This document shows, in pieces, positions 9,201-18,697 of a stretch of DNA of 64,000 nt. The DNA lies in assembly GCA_037444405.1 (NCBI GenBank), contig JBBIML010000008.1, positions 1 to 64,000 of the forward strand, in the 5' to 3' direction. Origin of the DNA: Armatimonadota bacterium. GTDB lineage: Bacteria > Armatimonadota > Fimbriimonadia > Fimbriimonadales > GBS-DC. The translations under genes and the position numbers were made by a program. Below the pieces are notes generated by a model. The model saw only the letters and a list, made by a program, of their open reading frames with translations, was not told the DNA's origin and did no database searches. The number at the start of each line of letters is the position of its first letter. Position 1 is the first letter of the stretch.

Positions 9201-10865
9201 ATGAGAAGGGGACTGGTCGGATGTGGGATTGCCCTGGGCGTGCTGTTGATCGCCGGGGGTCTTTTTTGGGCGCTGCGTGGCGCAGGCGCCCGCACCAGCA
9301 ACCCTGGCGAGCGCATCTACACCGTTCGGCGCGGCACCATCACCGTCGATGTTACCGAGTCGGGCGCGATAGAGCCAGTGCGCACGGTGGAGATTAAATC
9401 GCGCGTGTCGGGTCGGCTGGCGGCGCTGCTGGTAGACGAGGGCGCGCGCGTGCGGGCGGGGCAACTGCTGGCGCGAATCGACCCGCGTGAGGTGCAACAG
9501 CAGGTGGAGCAGGGCAGTGCGCAGGTCGAATCGGCGCGACTCAGCACCGCGCAGGCACAACTCGCGCTCCAGATGCAGGCGAAAGAGGCTCGCCTCGCCG
9601 TGCGTCAGGCGCAGCTGCGCGTGGAGCAGATGGAGCGCGAGCTGAAAGCGCAGCCCGCGCTCACGCAGGCAGCCCTCCGTGCCGCCGAAGCCGCCTATCA
9701 GAGCGCACAGGAGAACCTTCGCATGCTGGAGCAGGTGAAGCACCCACAGGAGCGCATCGAGGTGGCGAACGCCGTGCGCGACGCCGAAGCCCGCCTGCAG
9801 GAAGCCCAGCGCAACTATGAGCGTGTCCAATCCCTGCACGAGAAGGGCTATGTGTCGCGTCAACAGTTCGATGCGGCACAAACCGCGCTCACGCTCGCCC
9901 AGAGCCAGCTCCAGTCGGCGCGCCAGCGCCAGCAGCAGTTAGCCGAGCAGCAGCGCATCGAACTCGAAACGGCGCGGGCGAGCCTGAAGTCGGCGCAGGC
10001 GGAGCTGGAACGCGCCCACGCCAGCGCTGTTCAGGACGAGATCAAGCGCAAAGCCTATGAAGCCGCGCTCGCTGAACTCGAATCGGCACGCAATCGCCTG
10101 CAGGAGATCGAAATGCGCCAGCTGGAACTCAAGCGGGCGCAGGCTGCCGAGAAGCAGGCGAGCAGCCAGCTGCGCAACTGGCTCATCCAGCTTGCCGAGA
10201 CCGATGTGCGCAGCCCCATCGATGGCATTGTTACGCGCCGCTATCGCGAGGTGGGCGAGCTGGTGATGTCGGGCACAACGGGCTTCGGCGAGGGCACGCC
10301 CATCCTGCAAATCGCCGACCTGTCGCAGATGCGCGTGCGACTGAACCTGAACGAGCTGGATGTGGCGAAAGTGCGCGTCGGCATGCGGGCGGAGGTGCGA
10401 GTGGACGCATTGCCGGAGCGCGTTTTTCGGGGACTGGTGAAGCGCATCGCGCCTGCCGCCCAGCAACTGGCGAACAGCAGCCCGCTCGGCTCCACGCTGG
10501 GCGTGGTCAAGTTCGCCGTGGAGGTCTACCTTCAGCAGAGCGACCCGTCGCTGCGACCGGGCATGACCGCCCGCTGTCGGATTATCACCGCCTCGCGCGA
10601 GAACGCGCTCATACTGCCCCTCGAAGCGCTGGGCAGGGAGGGCGACCGCTACTATGTGCTGAAGCTCAACCCTGCCGTGCGCGACGCGCAGGGCAAGCCG
10701 AAGCGCGAGAAGGTGTTCGTGCAGGTCGGACTGCGCGACACCCGCCACGCCGAGATTCTCAGCGGGCTGAACGAGGGCGATCAGGTGGTCAAGCCGCCCT
10801 TCGCGGGTCCTGCCCGACGCCAGTTTGAACTGGAAGAGAGGCGACGGGAGGAGCGAGACCGATGA
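9201..10865 (+). CDS. Efflux periplasmic adaptor (HlyD/MacA family) with long coiled coil
   Basis: N-terminal TM; VEIKSRVSGRL, VDEGARVRAGQLL, VRSPIDGIV, LRPGMTA, GLNEGDQV. Confidence 0.9.
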   Translation: MRRGLVGCGIALGVLLIAGGLFWALRGAGARTSNPGERIYTVRRGTITVDVTESGAIEPVRTVEIKSRVSGRLAALLVDEGARVRAGQLLARIDPREVQQQVEQGSAQVESARLSTAQAQLALQMQAKEARLAVRQAQLRVEQMERELKAQPALTQAALRAAEAAYQSAQENLRMLEQVKHPQERIEVANAVRDAEARLQEAQRNYERVQSLHEKGYVSRQQFDAAQTALTLAQSQLQSARQRQQQLAEQQRIELETARASLKSAQAELERAHASAVQDEIKRKAYEAALAELESARNRLQEIEMRQLELKRAQAAEKQASSQLRNWLIQLAETDVRSPIDGIVTRRYREVGELVMSGTTGFGEGTPILQIADLSQMRVRLNLNELDVAKVRVGMRAEVRVDALPERVFRGLVKRIAPAAQQLANSSPLGSTLGVVKFAVEVYLQQSDPSLRPGMTARCRIITASRENALILPLEALGREGDRYYVLKLNPAVRDAQGKPKREKVFVQVGLRDTRHAEILSGLNEGDQVVKPPFAGPARRQFELEERRREERDR

Positions 10866-12094
10866 CAGGGCTGCTCGAAGCCGTTCGGGTCGCGCTGGAC
10901 ACCCTGCGCGCCCATAAACTGCGCTCGTTCCTGACGATGCTGGGCGTGATTATCGGCGTGATGGCGGTCGTGGTGATGGTCGCGCTGATTGAGGGCGCCC
11001 GCGCCAGCGTCGTCGAGGAGTTCGAAAAGCTCGGCTCCGATGTGATTATCGTGGCGTATGACCCCAGCGAGCGGTTGCGCCGCGAGGAGCGCGGCGGCAC
11101 GGTCGAAGGGCTGAGCCTGGAGGACTTCGAAGCCATTCGCGCCCTGCCCGAGCTGCGAATCGTCGCCGCCGAGCGCAGTATGGGCGAGAAGGAGATCCTC
11201 TATCAGGGTCAGCGCGTGCGCGCCTCCGTGTTGGGCATCAGCGACGGCTATCTGACCGTGCGCGCCCTCACCATCGAGCGGGGACGCTTCTTCGAACCGC
11301 GCGAGCTCGAATCGGGCGAAAAAGTGGCATTGCTGGGCTACGAAACCGCCCAGAATCTCTTCGGCAAGAGCGACCCCATCGGGCAGGATGTTCTGCTGGA
11401 CGGCACGCAGGTGCGCGTGATTGGCGTGCTGGCGAAGCGCGGCAGCACCTTCGGCGAGAATCAGGACACGCGCGTCTATCTGCCGCTCTATGCCGCCCTG
11501 CGCCGCTGGACCGGCGATGAGACCCTCTCCGTGATTCTCGCGATGCCGCACTCGCGCGAGCAGACCCCGACGGCGATGGACGCCATCTGGGAGACGCTCA
11601 TGCGCCTGCACAACAACCAGCCTGACTTCCGCGTGGACACGCTGGAGACCATCGTGCAGGCGATTTCGCGCGTGCTTTCGCTGTTCGGTGTGCTGCTGGG
11701 CGGTATTGCGGGGCTGGCGCTGCTGGTGGGCGGCATCGGCATCATGAACATCATGCTGGTGTCAGTGACGGAGCGCACGCGCGAAATTGGCTTGCGCAAG
11801 GCGGTCGGCGCGCGCAAGGGGCAGATTCTGCTCCAGTTTCTGATTGAATCGGCGACGCTGGCGACGATTGGCGGGCTGATTGGCATGGCGCTGGGCTGGG
11901 GCCTCGGCGAGAGCATCGAGTGGCTCACGAAGCGGTCGGAGGCTTTTGGCGATAACGGGCTGCGTTTCTACTTCCCGCTGTGGGCCGCTGTAGGCGCGTC
12001 GCTGTTCTCGGCAGCCGTCGGCGTGCTGTTCGGCATCTATCCCGCCTGGCGCGCCGCCAATATGGACCCCATCGTCGCCCTGCGCTACGAATAA
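10862..12094 (+). CDS. MacB/FtsX-family ABC transporter permease
   Basis: KLRSFLTMLGVIIG, GGIGIMNIMLVSVTERTREIGLRKAVGA, DPIVALRYE. Confidence 0.93.
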   Translation: MTGLLEAVRVALDTLRAHKLRSFLTMLGVIIGVMAVVVMVALIEGARASVVEEFEKLGSDVIIVAYDPSERLRREERGGTVEGLSLEDFEAIRALPELRIVAAERSMGEKEILYQGQRVRASVLGISDGYLTVRALTIERGRFFEPRELESGEKVALLGYETAQNLFGKSDPIGQDVLLDGTQVRVIGVLAKRGSTFGENQDTRVYLPLYAALRRWTGDETLSVILAMPHSREQTPTAMDAIWETLMRLHNNQPDFRVDTLETIVQAISRVLSLFGVLLGGIAGLALLVGGIGIMNIMLVSVTERTREIGLRKAVGARKGQILLQFLIESATLATIGGLIGMALGWGLGESIEWLTKRSEAFGDNGLRFYFPLWAAVGASLFSAAVGVLFGIYPAWRAANMDPIVALRYE

Positions 12095-12097
12095 GGG

Positions 12098-12973
12098 CTA
12101 CCAGCGTACCTGCAGCCGATTGCGCAGGTAGATAGCCAGCGCGTTCATCGTCAGCAGCAGCGTTAGCAGCACGATAATGCCCGCCGCAGCGTTCTGATGG
12201 AAGCCGACCTGCGGACGCGAAATCCAGTCGTAAATCTGCACGGGCAGGGTGGTGAAGGGCGAGAAGAGGCTATCGGGCAGTCGGGGCAGGAACACGAACG
12301 CGCCCAGCACCAGCAGCGGCGCGGTCTCACCCACCACACGCGAGAGCGAGAGGACAACCCCCGTCAGGATGGTGGGCATCGCGACGGGCAGCACGGCATG
12401 CCGCACGGTCTGCCACTGCGTGGCGCCGAGCGCGAGCGAGCCTTCGCGCAGACTGCGCGGCACCGCGCGCAAGCCCTCCCGCGCCGCCGTGATAATCACG
12501 GGCAACGCCAGCAGCGCCATCGTGCATGCGCCCGCCAGCAAACTGTTTCCCATCATCAGCGTCCGCACAAACACCTGCAAGCCCAGCATCCCGTAGATAA
12601 TCGATGGCACGCCCGCCAGATTGGTGATGTTGATATCGATCAGGCGGATGAACCAGTTGCGCTGCGCGAACTCCTCCAGATAGATGGCGGCGCCCACGCC
12701 CACCGGCACCGCAATCGCCGCGGTCAGTAGCATAAGATAGAAGCTGCCCACCAGCGCCACCTTGACGCCCGCGTTTTCGGGGATGCGCGAGGAAAAGGAG
12801 GTGAGGAAGCCGATGTTCAGGCGGGCATAGCCGTCCAGCAGAATCTTGAGGATCAGCACGGTGAGCGCGGTTAATGCGAACAGCACCATCGTGGAGGCAA
12901 TCAGCAGAAAGAGCATCTCACGCCTCCGCTCGCGCGCCCGCCAGTGCGCCGGCGAGGAAATCACCAGGCTCAT
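12098..12973 (-). CDS. pstA: Phosphate ABC transporter permease PstA
   Basis: [29 protein letters not shown]. Confidence 0.95.
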   Translation of the reverse strand: MSLVISSPAHWRARERRREMLFLLIASTMVLFALTALTVLILKILLDGYARLNIGFLTSFSSRIPENAGVKVALVGSFYLMLLTAAIAVPVGVGAAIYLEEFAQRNWFIRLIDINITNLAGVPSIIYGMLGLQVFVRTLMMGNSLLAGACTMALLALPVIITAAREGLRAVPRSLREGSLALGATQWQTVRHAVLPVAMPTILTGVVLSLSRVVGETAPLLVLGAFVFLPRLPDSLFSPFTTLPVQIYDWISRPQVGFHQNAAAGIIVLLTLLLTMNALAIYLRNRLQVRW

Positions 12974-13932
12974 AGTTGCGCCTCCTTATAACGCGCCCGA
13001 AACGCCTCGCTCACCAGGTTCAGAGCGAGCGTGATGAGAAAGAGCAGCAGCCCCACCGCGAAGATGGTGCGATACTCCAGCGTGCCGTGCGGGACATCGC
13101 CCATCGCAATCTGCACGATGTAGGCGGTCATCGTCTGCACCGCCTGCAGAGGGTTGAAGGTGAAGTTCGGCTGTTGCCCTGCGGCGATGACGACGATCAT
13201 CGTTTCGCCCACCGCGCGGGAGAGACCCAGCAGGAACGAGGCAGAGATTCCCGACATCGCGGCGGGCACCACCACGCCCCAGGTGGTCTGCAGGTGCGTC
13301 GCGCCCAGCGCCAGCGAGGCGTACCGCAGGCTGTTCGGCACCGCATAGAGGGCGTCCTCACTCAGCGAGGCGACCGTCGGTAAAATCATGAGTCCCATCA
13401 CCAGCCCCGCCGAGAGCACATTGAAGCCCTCCAGCCCGGGAATGAACCGTTGCAGGAATGGCGTGACGAAGGTGAGCGCGAAGTAGCCGTACACGACCGT
13501 CGGAATGCCCGCCAGCACCTCCAGCATGGGTTTGACCACTCTGCGCACGCGCGGCGAGGCATATTCGCTCAGATAGACCGCCACAATCAGCCCCATTGGC
13601 GCCGCCACGCCCAGCGCAATCGCGGTGGTGAGCAGTGTGCCCATCACCAGCGGCAGCACCCCGAAAGCAGGCGGTTCGAACAGCGGCGCCCAGCGTGTGC
13701 CCGTCAGAAACTCCCGCAGCGAGACCCCCCTGAAAAAGCCCAGACTCTCCGTCAGCAGGATCAGCACGATGGCGGCAGTGGTCAGAATGCCCACTATCGC
13801 GCACAGGAACAGGAAGACGCGCACGAAGAACTCCCGAACGCGCACTCGCCAGCGCAGGCGGCGAGCGGACGGGAAGGCGACCACCGCCCTTTGACCGGTA
13901 TCCGTTTCAGGGAGCGAAGCCTTACTGCCCAC
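12970..13932 (-). CDS. pstC: Phosphate ABC transporter permease PstC
   Basis: [26 protein letters not shown]. Confidence 0.95.
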   Translation of the reverse strand: MGSKASLPETDTGQRAVVAFPSARRLRWRVRVREFFVRVFLFLCAIVGILTTAAIVLILLTESLGFFRGVSLREFLTGTRWAPLFEPPAFGVLPLVMGTLLTTAIALGVAAPMGLIVAVYLSEYASPRVRRVVKPMLEVLAGIPTVVYGYFALTFVTPFLQRFIPGLEGFNVLSAGLVMGLMILPTVASLSEDALYAVPNSLRYASLALGATHLQTTWGVVVPAAMSGISASFLLGLSRAVGETMIVVIAAGQQPNFTFNPLQAVQTMTAYIVQIAMGDVPHGTLEYRTIFAVGLLLFLITLALNLVSEAFRARYKEAQL

Positions 13933-14983
13933 CCTTTTCCGTCGCCTCCTCGATTCGGTAGAGGTCTTCCAGCTTCACGCCCACCTGCGAGCCTCTGGCG
14001 CCGAACGCCGAGCCGGTGACGCGCCGCTCCAGTCGCTGTTTCGCCAGCTCGTACACCTTCGGCGGCAGGGGCACATAGCCCACCTCTTTCGCCAGCCTGC
14101 CCGCGTTCTCAATATAGAACTCCACGAAGGCGCGCACCTGCGGCTTCTCCAGCGATTTCACATTCACATAGATGAAGATGGGGCGTGAGAGTGGCTGATA
14201 GGTGCCATCCAGAACCGTCTGCTCGCTGGGCAGGATGGGTCCGTCGCCGTTCGCCGGGTTCTCGTCGTCAATCGCGACCACTTTGAGTCGCTCCCTGTTC
14301 TGCAGGTAATATGCCAGCCCGAAGTAGCCCAGTGCGTTCTCGTTGGTGGCGATGCCCTGCACCAGCGTGTTGTCGTCCTCGCTGGAGTTGTAGTCGCTGC
14401 GGCTGCTGTGTTCCTTGCCCACAATCGCAGCGGTGAAGTAGTCGAAGGTGCCCGAATCGACACCCGCCCCGTACAGCACGAGCGGGCGGTCCGGGAAGCC
14501 AGGGCGAACCTGCAACCAGCGTTGGATTTTGCCCGTCGCTTCGGGCGACCAGATCTTGCGCAGCTCGCTCACCGTGAGGTAGTCGCACCAGGTGTTTTTC
14601 GGGTTCACCACCACCGCCAGCGCGTCATAGGCGACGGGGATTTCGATATACTCGATGCCGTTCTTTCGGCAGGCTTCGTCTTCAACGGGGCGAATGGGGC
14701 GCGAGGCGCCTGTGATGTCGATCTCGCCGTTGGCGAACTTTTTGAAGCCGCCGCCCGTGCCCGACTTGCGGACAGCAGGCGTCGTGCTGGGGTGCAGCTT
14801 CTGGAACTCTTCGGCAACGGCTTCCGAGAGTGGCAGCACGGTGCTGGAGCCGTCAACGATAATCGTGCCGCTGAGACCGTCCGCGCCGCCTGATACTGCC
14901 GAGCCGTTCGTCGCCTGGCGCTGGCAACCTGCCATCAGCCCCGCCAGCGCAATCACCACGCCCAGAATCGTCCAGCGCTTCAT
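13922..14983 (-). CDS. pstS: Phosphate-binding lipoprotein PstS
   Basis: Lipobox [36 protein letters not shown]. Confidence 0.95.
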   Translation of the reverse strand: MKRWTILGVVIALAGLMAGCQRQATNGSAVSGGADGLSGTIIVDGSSTVLPLSEAVAEEFQKLHPSTTPAVRKSGTGGGFKKFANGEIDITGASRPIRPVEDEACRKNGIEYIEIPVAYDALAVVVNPKNTWCDYLTVSELRKIWSPEATGKIQRWLQVRPGFPDRPLVLYGAGVDSGTFDYFTAAIVGKEHSSRSDYNSSEDDNTLVQGIATNENALGYFGLAYYLQNRERLKVVAIDDENPANGDGPILPSEQTVLDGTYQPLSRPIFIYVNVKSLEKPQVRAFVEFYIENAGRLAKEVGYVPLPPKVYELAKQRLERRVTGSAFGARGSQVGVKLEDLYRIEEATEKGGQ

Positions 14984-15009
14984 AGCACTTTGAGCCTACC
15001 CCTTGCCCT

Positions 15010-15026
15010 GTTAAGGAATGGTTAAG
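15010..15026 (-). promoter_or_regulatory. Pho-box-like direct repeat upstream of pstS
   Basis: Minus strand CTTAAC-N5-CTTAAC (11-bp period), upstream of a TAGGCT -10-like hexamer and the ATG. Confidence 0.6.
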
Positions 15027-15058
15027 CGCGGAGCGGATATAATCGAACAGGTGAGAGC

Positions 15059-16453
15059 ATGCGCGAGAATGAAGACCCGCTTTATGATGTGGTTGTCTTG
15101 GGTGCTGGTCTGGCAGGTTCGGTTGCAGCGTATCTTCTTCAGCGGTCGGGTTGCCGTGTGGTGCTGGTGGAGGCGCGTTCGCGGGTGGGTGGGCGCATCG
15201 CCACGCTTTACGACTGGGATGAGCGCCAGTATGCCGAGCTGGGACCGGAGTTCATCGATTCGAATCATTGGCGCGTGTTAGGCTATGCGCAGCAGTTCGG
15301 CATTCCCGTGCGGCGGCGCACGCGCTTCTGGGGGCTTAGCCCGCTGCCGCGTGGTGGTCGCATGGCATCGAGCGCGTGGAACCGTTTCTGGGAGGCGGTG
15401 GGGCGTGAGGCGAAGCGGCTCTCCAGCAAGCCGCGCCCGCTGACCCTCCTGCTACGCCGCCTCAAAGCCTTCGCGCTGATGGATCAGCTCAGCATGCGCG
15501 ACTTCGCCGAGCAGCTGGGTGTGTGGGAGAGCGCGGCGCCCCAGCTCGTTCGCTACTGTCGCAATCTGGAGGCTGCCGAGCCGCACGAGGTCTCCATACT
15601 GAGCGTGATCGCGCAGGAGGCGTTTTATGGCGATGGCGTGGAGCAGGGCGCCTATCGGCTGGAGGGCGGCACGCAGCGGCTGGTGGAATCGCTGGTGAGC
15701 GCGTTTGAACAGACAGGCGGCATGCTGATGCTGAATACGGTTGCCGAAGCCGTTCAGCGGGGGCGTCGCGGCGTGCGCCTGTATGCTCATACCGACGGGC
15801 GTGCGATGTGCCTCGACGCCCGCTATGCCGTTATCGCGCTGCCGTTCCCAATGGTGCCCCAGCTGGAGTTCCGCCCCTCCCTTCGACCCGAACGCCTCGA
15901 CGCGCTCGCCCGGATCGGCAGAGGGCATGTGGTCAAGAACCTGCTGCAGTTCCGCACGCGATTCTGGCTTCACCAGCAGCCCCAGCGCGATCGGGCTGCC
16001 CGGCTGCCCATCACGCCCGACATCTCCGCCATCTGGGATGAGACCGATATTCTGCCGGGCGAAGCGGGCATCCTGTCGCTGTGGGTTGGGGGTGAGCCAG
16101 CCAGCCGATGGGCACGCTTCAGCGAAGCGGAGCGCCTCGAGCTGTGTCTGCAGGTGCTGGACGCGCTCTACCCGAACTGTCGCGCTCAGTTCATTCGCGG
16201 CGTCAGCATGCACTGGTCGCAGGAGCCGTTCAGTCAGGTCGGTTATCCGTTCCAGCCGCCGGGCTTGCTCACGGGCGGATTCCGCGAGCTGCTCAAGCCC
16301 GAGGGGCGGCTCTTTTTTGCGGGCGACTATCTGAGCCTGTTTGTGGGCTATATGGAGGGCGCATTAGAAAGCGGTGAGCGCGCTGCCTGTGCGATTCTCA
16401 AGCGGTTGGGAAGGTATAATCAGGAGCGTCGGGGCGTAGCGCAGCATGGTTAG
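15059..16453 (+). CDS. Flavin monoamine oxidase family protein
   Basis: VLGAGLAG, EARSRVGGR, FFAGD, GYMEGALESG. Confidence 0.9.
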   Translation: MRENEDPLYDVVVLGAGLAGSVAAYLLQRSGCRVVLVEARSRVGGRIATLYDWDERQYAELGPEFIDSNHWRVLGYAQQFGIPVRRRTRFWGLSPLPRGGRMASSAWNRFWEAVGREAKRLSSKPRPLTLLLRRLKAFALMDQLSMRDFAEQLGVWESAAPQLVRYCRNLEAAEPHEVSILSVIAQEAFYGDGVEQGAYRLEGGTQRLVESLVSAFEQTGGMLMLNTVAEAVQRGRRGVRLYAHTDGRAMCLDARYAVIALPFPMVPQLEFRPSLRPERLDALARIGRGHVVKNLLQFRTRFWLHQQPQRDRAARLPITPDISAIWDETDILPGEAGILSLWVGGEPASRWARFSEAERLELCLQVLDALYPNCRAQFIRGVSMHWSQEPFSQVGYPFQPPGLLTGGFRELLKPEGRLFFAGDYLSLFVGYMEGALESGERAACAILKRLGRYNQERRGVAQHG

Positions 16454-16507
16454 CGCGCCTGCTTTGGGTGCAGGAGGTCCCCGGTTCGAATCCGGGCGCC
16501 CCGACCA
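16430..16507 (+). tRNA. tRNA-Pro(TGG)
   Basis: CGGGGCG acceptor, anticodon arm CCTGC-TTTGGGT-GCAGG, GGTTCGAATCC, 3' CCA; TATAAT at 16415. Confidence 0.97.
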
Positions 16508-16511
16508 TTTT

Positions 16512-17081
16512 TTATCGGGTCAGCAGGCTTAAAAAGTAGCGGTGAACGCGCTCGTCATCGGTCAGCTCCGGGTGGAACGCCGTCGCCAGCAGCTTGCCCT
16601 GCTGAACCGCCACGATTTTGCCGTCAAACTCGCTCAGCACCTCCACATCGGCGCCCGCGCGGCTCACGATGGGCGCACGGATGAAAACCGCTCGCACAGG
16701 ACGGTCGCCCAGCGGTTTGAAGGGCAGGTCGGCTTCGAAGCTTTCAATCTGACTGCCGAAGGCGTTGCGGATAACCTCAATATCCATCAGTCCCAGCCGT
16801 TCCTGCTGGCTGCCAGCAATCTCTTTTGCCAGCAGGATCATTCCAGCACAGGTGCCGTAGATGGGCATGCCCTGTTGTGCCCGCTCGCGGATGGCAATAT
16901 CGAGTCCATAGCGTGCCATCAGCCGCCCGATGGTGGTGCTTTCGCCGCCAGGGATAATCAGCGCGTCGACGGGGTGGAGATCGGCGACCTTGCGCACCTC
17001 GCGCCAGTCGACGCCGATGCGCTCCAGCATCGCCGCGTGTTTCTCGAAATCGCCCTGCAACGCCAGTACACCGATGGTCAT
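16512..17081 (-). CDS. pdxT: PLP synthase glutaminase subunit
   Basis: GVLALQGDF, PGGESTT, GTCAG, FHPEL. Confidence 0.96.
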   Translation of the reverse strand: MTIGVLALQGDFEKHAAMLERIGVDWREVRKVADLHPVDALIIPGGESTTIGRLMARYGLDIAIRERAQQGMPIYGTCAGMILLAKEIAGSQQERLGLMDIEVIRNAFGSQIESFEADLPFKPLGDRPVRAVFIRAPIVSRAGADVEVLSEFDGKIVAVQQGKLLATAFHPELTDDERVHRYFLSLLTR

Positions 17082-17083
17082 TT

Positions 17084-17665
17084 TTATAGCCCCAGCCGTC
17101 GGACAGGACGAAATATTTCGCCCACTGGCAGTTCGAAGCCGGGCAGCACCTGCTCGCCGGAGAGCGTGTCGCCCGGTCGTAGTACCTGTGTGGAGCCGTC
17201 AGCGCGATGCACCGTTACGGTTTGCGTGGCGGCGTCTATGTTCCAGACCAGTCGCACACCCGCCTGCAGCCACAGAGCGGTTTTTTGCTGGACGCGGTGT
17301 CGGCTCTCGCTGGGCGAGAGAACCTCCACCACCAGGTCGGGCGCGATGCTCCAGAACTCGTGGGGCAGTTCGGCAGGCAGGCGTTCGGCAGCAATAAAGG
17401 CGAGATCGGGCGCCAGCACCGATTCGGTGCCGTCAGGATGGCGCAGGGTGAAGCCGGTTTCCGCGCCGAACACCTCGCCCAGCGCGTGTTCCTCCACGAA
17501 GCGAGCGACGGGCAGAGTGATGCGGATCACCTGCATGCCGTGCAGGGGCGTCGCTGGCGACATCTCTTCAACCTCACCGTGAATCAGCTCGGCGCGGCGT
17601 TCGCCGTCGGCGTATTGGCGGGCGAACTCCGCCGCGCTCATCTTCTTCGCTCGGATAGCAGGCAT
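17084..17665 (-). CDS. Uma2 family (DUF820) endonuclease-fold protein
   Basis: ELIHGEV, PDLAFI, APDLVVEVLSPS, VLPGFEL; ATG at 17665 with AGGAG upstream. Confidence 0.9.
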   Translation of the reverse strand: MPAIRAKKMSAAEFARQYADGERRAELIHGEVEEMSPATPLHGMQVIRITLPVARFVEEHALGEVFGAETGFTLRHPDGTESVLAPDLAFIAAERLPAELPHEFWSIAPDLVVEVLSPSESRHRVQQKTALWLQAGVRLVWNIDAATQTVTVHRADGSTQVLRPGDTLSGEQVLPGFELPVGEIFRPVRRLGL

Positions 17666-17684
17666 AGTCTTCACGCTCCTGTAG

Positions 17685-18617
17685 CTACCAGCCGCGCACG
17701 GCAAGCAGCTCTTCTTCAGCCAGGCGGCGCACATCGATGCCGGGCATCGCCTCGCCCAGCCCTTTGGAGACCTCCGCGAGGATTTCTGGCTCGCGATAGT
17801 AGGTCACGGCGTCCACGATGGCGCGGGCGCGAGCGCGCGGGTTGGACGATTTGAAGATGCCCGACCCGACGAACACCGCCTCCGCACCGAGCCACATCAT
17901 CAGCGCGGCGTCGGCAGGCGTCGCGATACCGCCCGCCGAGAAGTTCGGCACGGGCAGGCGACCCGTCTGGTGAATCTCCACCACGAGGTCGTAAGGCGCC
18001 TGCAGCTGTTTGGCGATGCTCATCAGCTCGTCTTCGGGCGCGCTTTTGATGCGGCGGATGTCGCGCATAATCGCGCGCATGTGGCGCACGGCTTCCACGA
18101 TATTGCCTGTGCCCGCCTCGCCTTTGGTGCGGATCATGGCGGCACCTTCCCCGATTCGGCGCAGCGCCTCGCCCAGCTCCCGCGCTCCGCACACAAACGG
18201 CACGCGAAAGGCGTGCTTGTTGATGTGGTGCTCCTCATCGGCGGGGGTCAGCACCTCGCTCTCGTCAATGAAGTCGACGCCGAGCGCTTCCAGAATCATC
18301 GCCTCGGCGAAGTGCCCGATTCGACACTTCGCCATCACGGGGATGGTAACAGCCTGCTTGATTTCCAGAATCTTGAGCGGGTCTGCCATGCGGGCGACTC
18401 CGCCCTCGCGTCGGATGTCGGCGGGCACGCGCTCCAGCGCCATCACGGCGACGGCGCCCGCCTCCTCGGCAATCTGCGCCTGCTCGGCGTCGGTGACATC
18501 CATAATCACGCCACCGCGCAACATCTCCGCCAGACCGACCTTCACGCGCCAGGTGGCTTTCTGCACCTCATAGCGGCTGACAGCTTCGCTTTGCAGGCTT
18601 CTGTCCAGCGTCTCCAT
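17685..18617 (-). CDS. pdxS: PLP synthase lyase subunit
   Basis: [38 protein letters not shown]. Confidence 0.97.
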   Translation of the reverse strand: METLDRSLQSEAVSRYEVQKATWRVKVGLAEMLRGGVIMDVTDAEQAQIAEEAGAVAVMALERVPADIRREGGVARMADPLKILEIKQAVTIPVMAKCRIGHFAEAMILEALGVDFIDESEVLTPADEEHHINKHAFRVPFVCGARELGEALRRIGEGAAMIRTKGEAGTGNIVEAVRHMRAIMRDIRRIKSAPEDELMSIAKQLQAPYDLVVEIHQTGRLPVPNFSAGGIATPADAALMMWLGAEAVFVGSGIFKSSNPRARARAIVDAVTYYREPEILAEVSKGLGEAMPGIDVRRLAEEELLAVRGW

Positions 18618-18697
18618 AGCAACGAGATTATACCTGAAGGGCAGGGGATTGCTCCATTCGGGATGTCGAATGTGCCATAATATATAGCGAGGCGACT

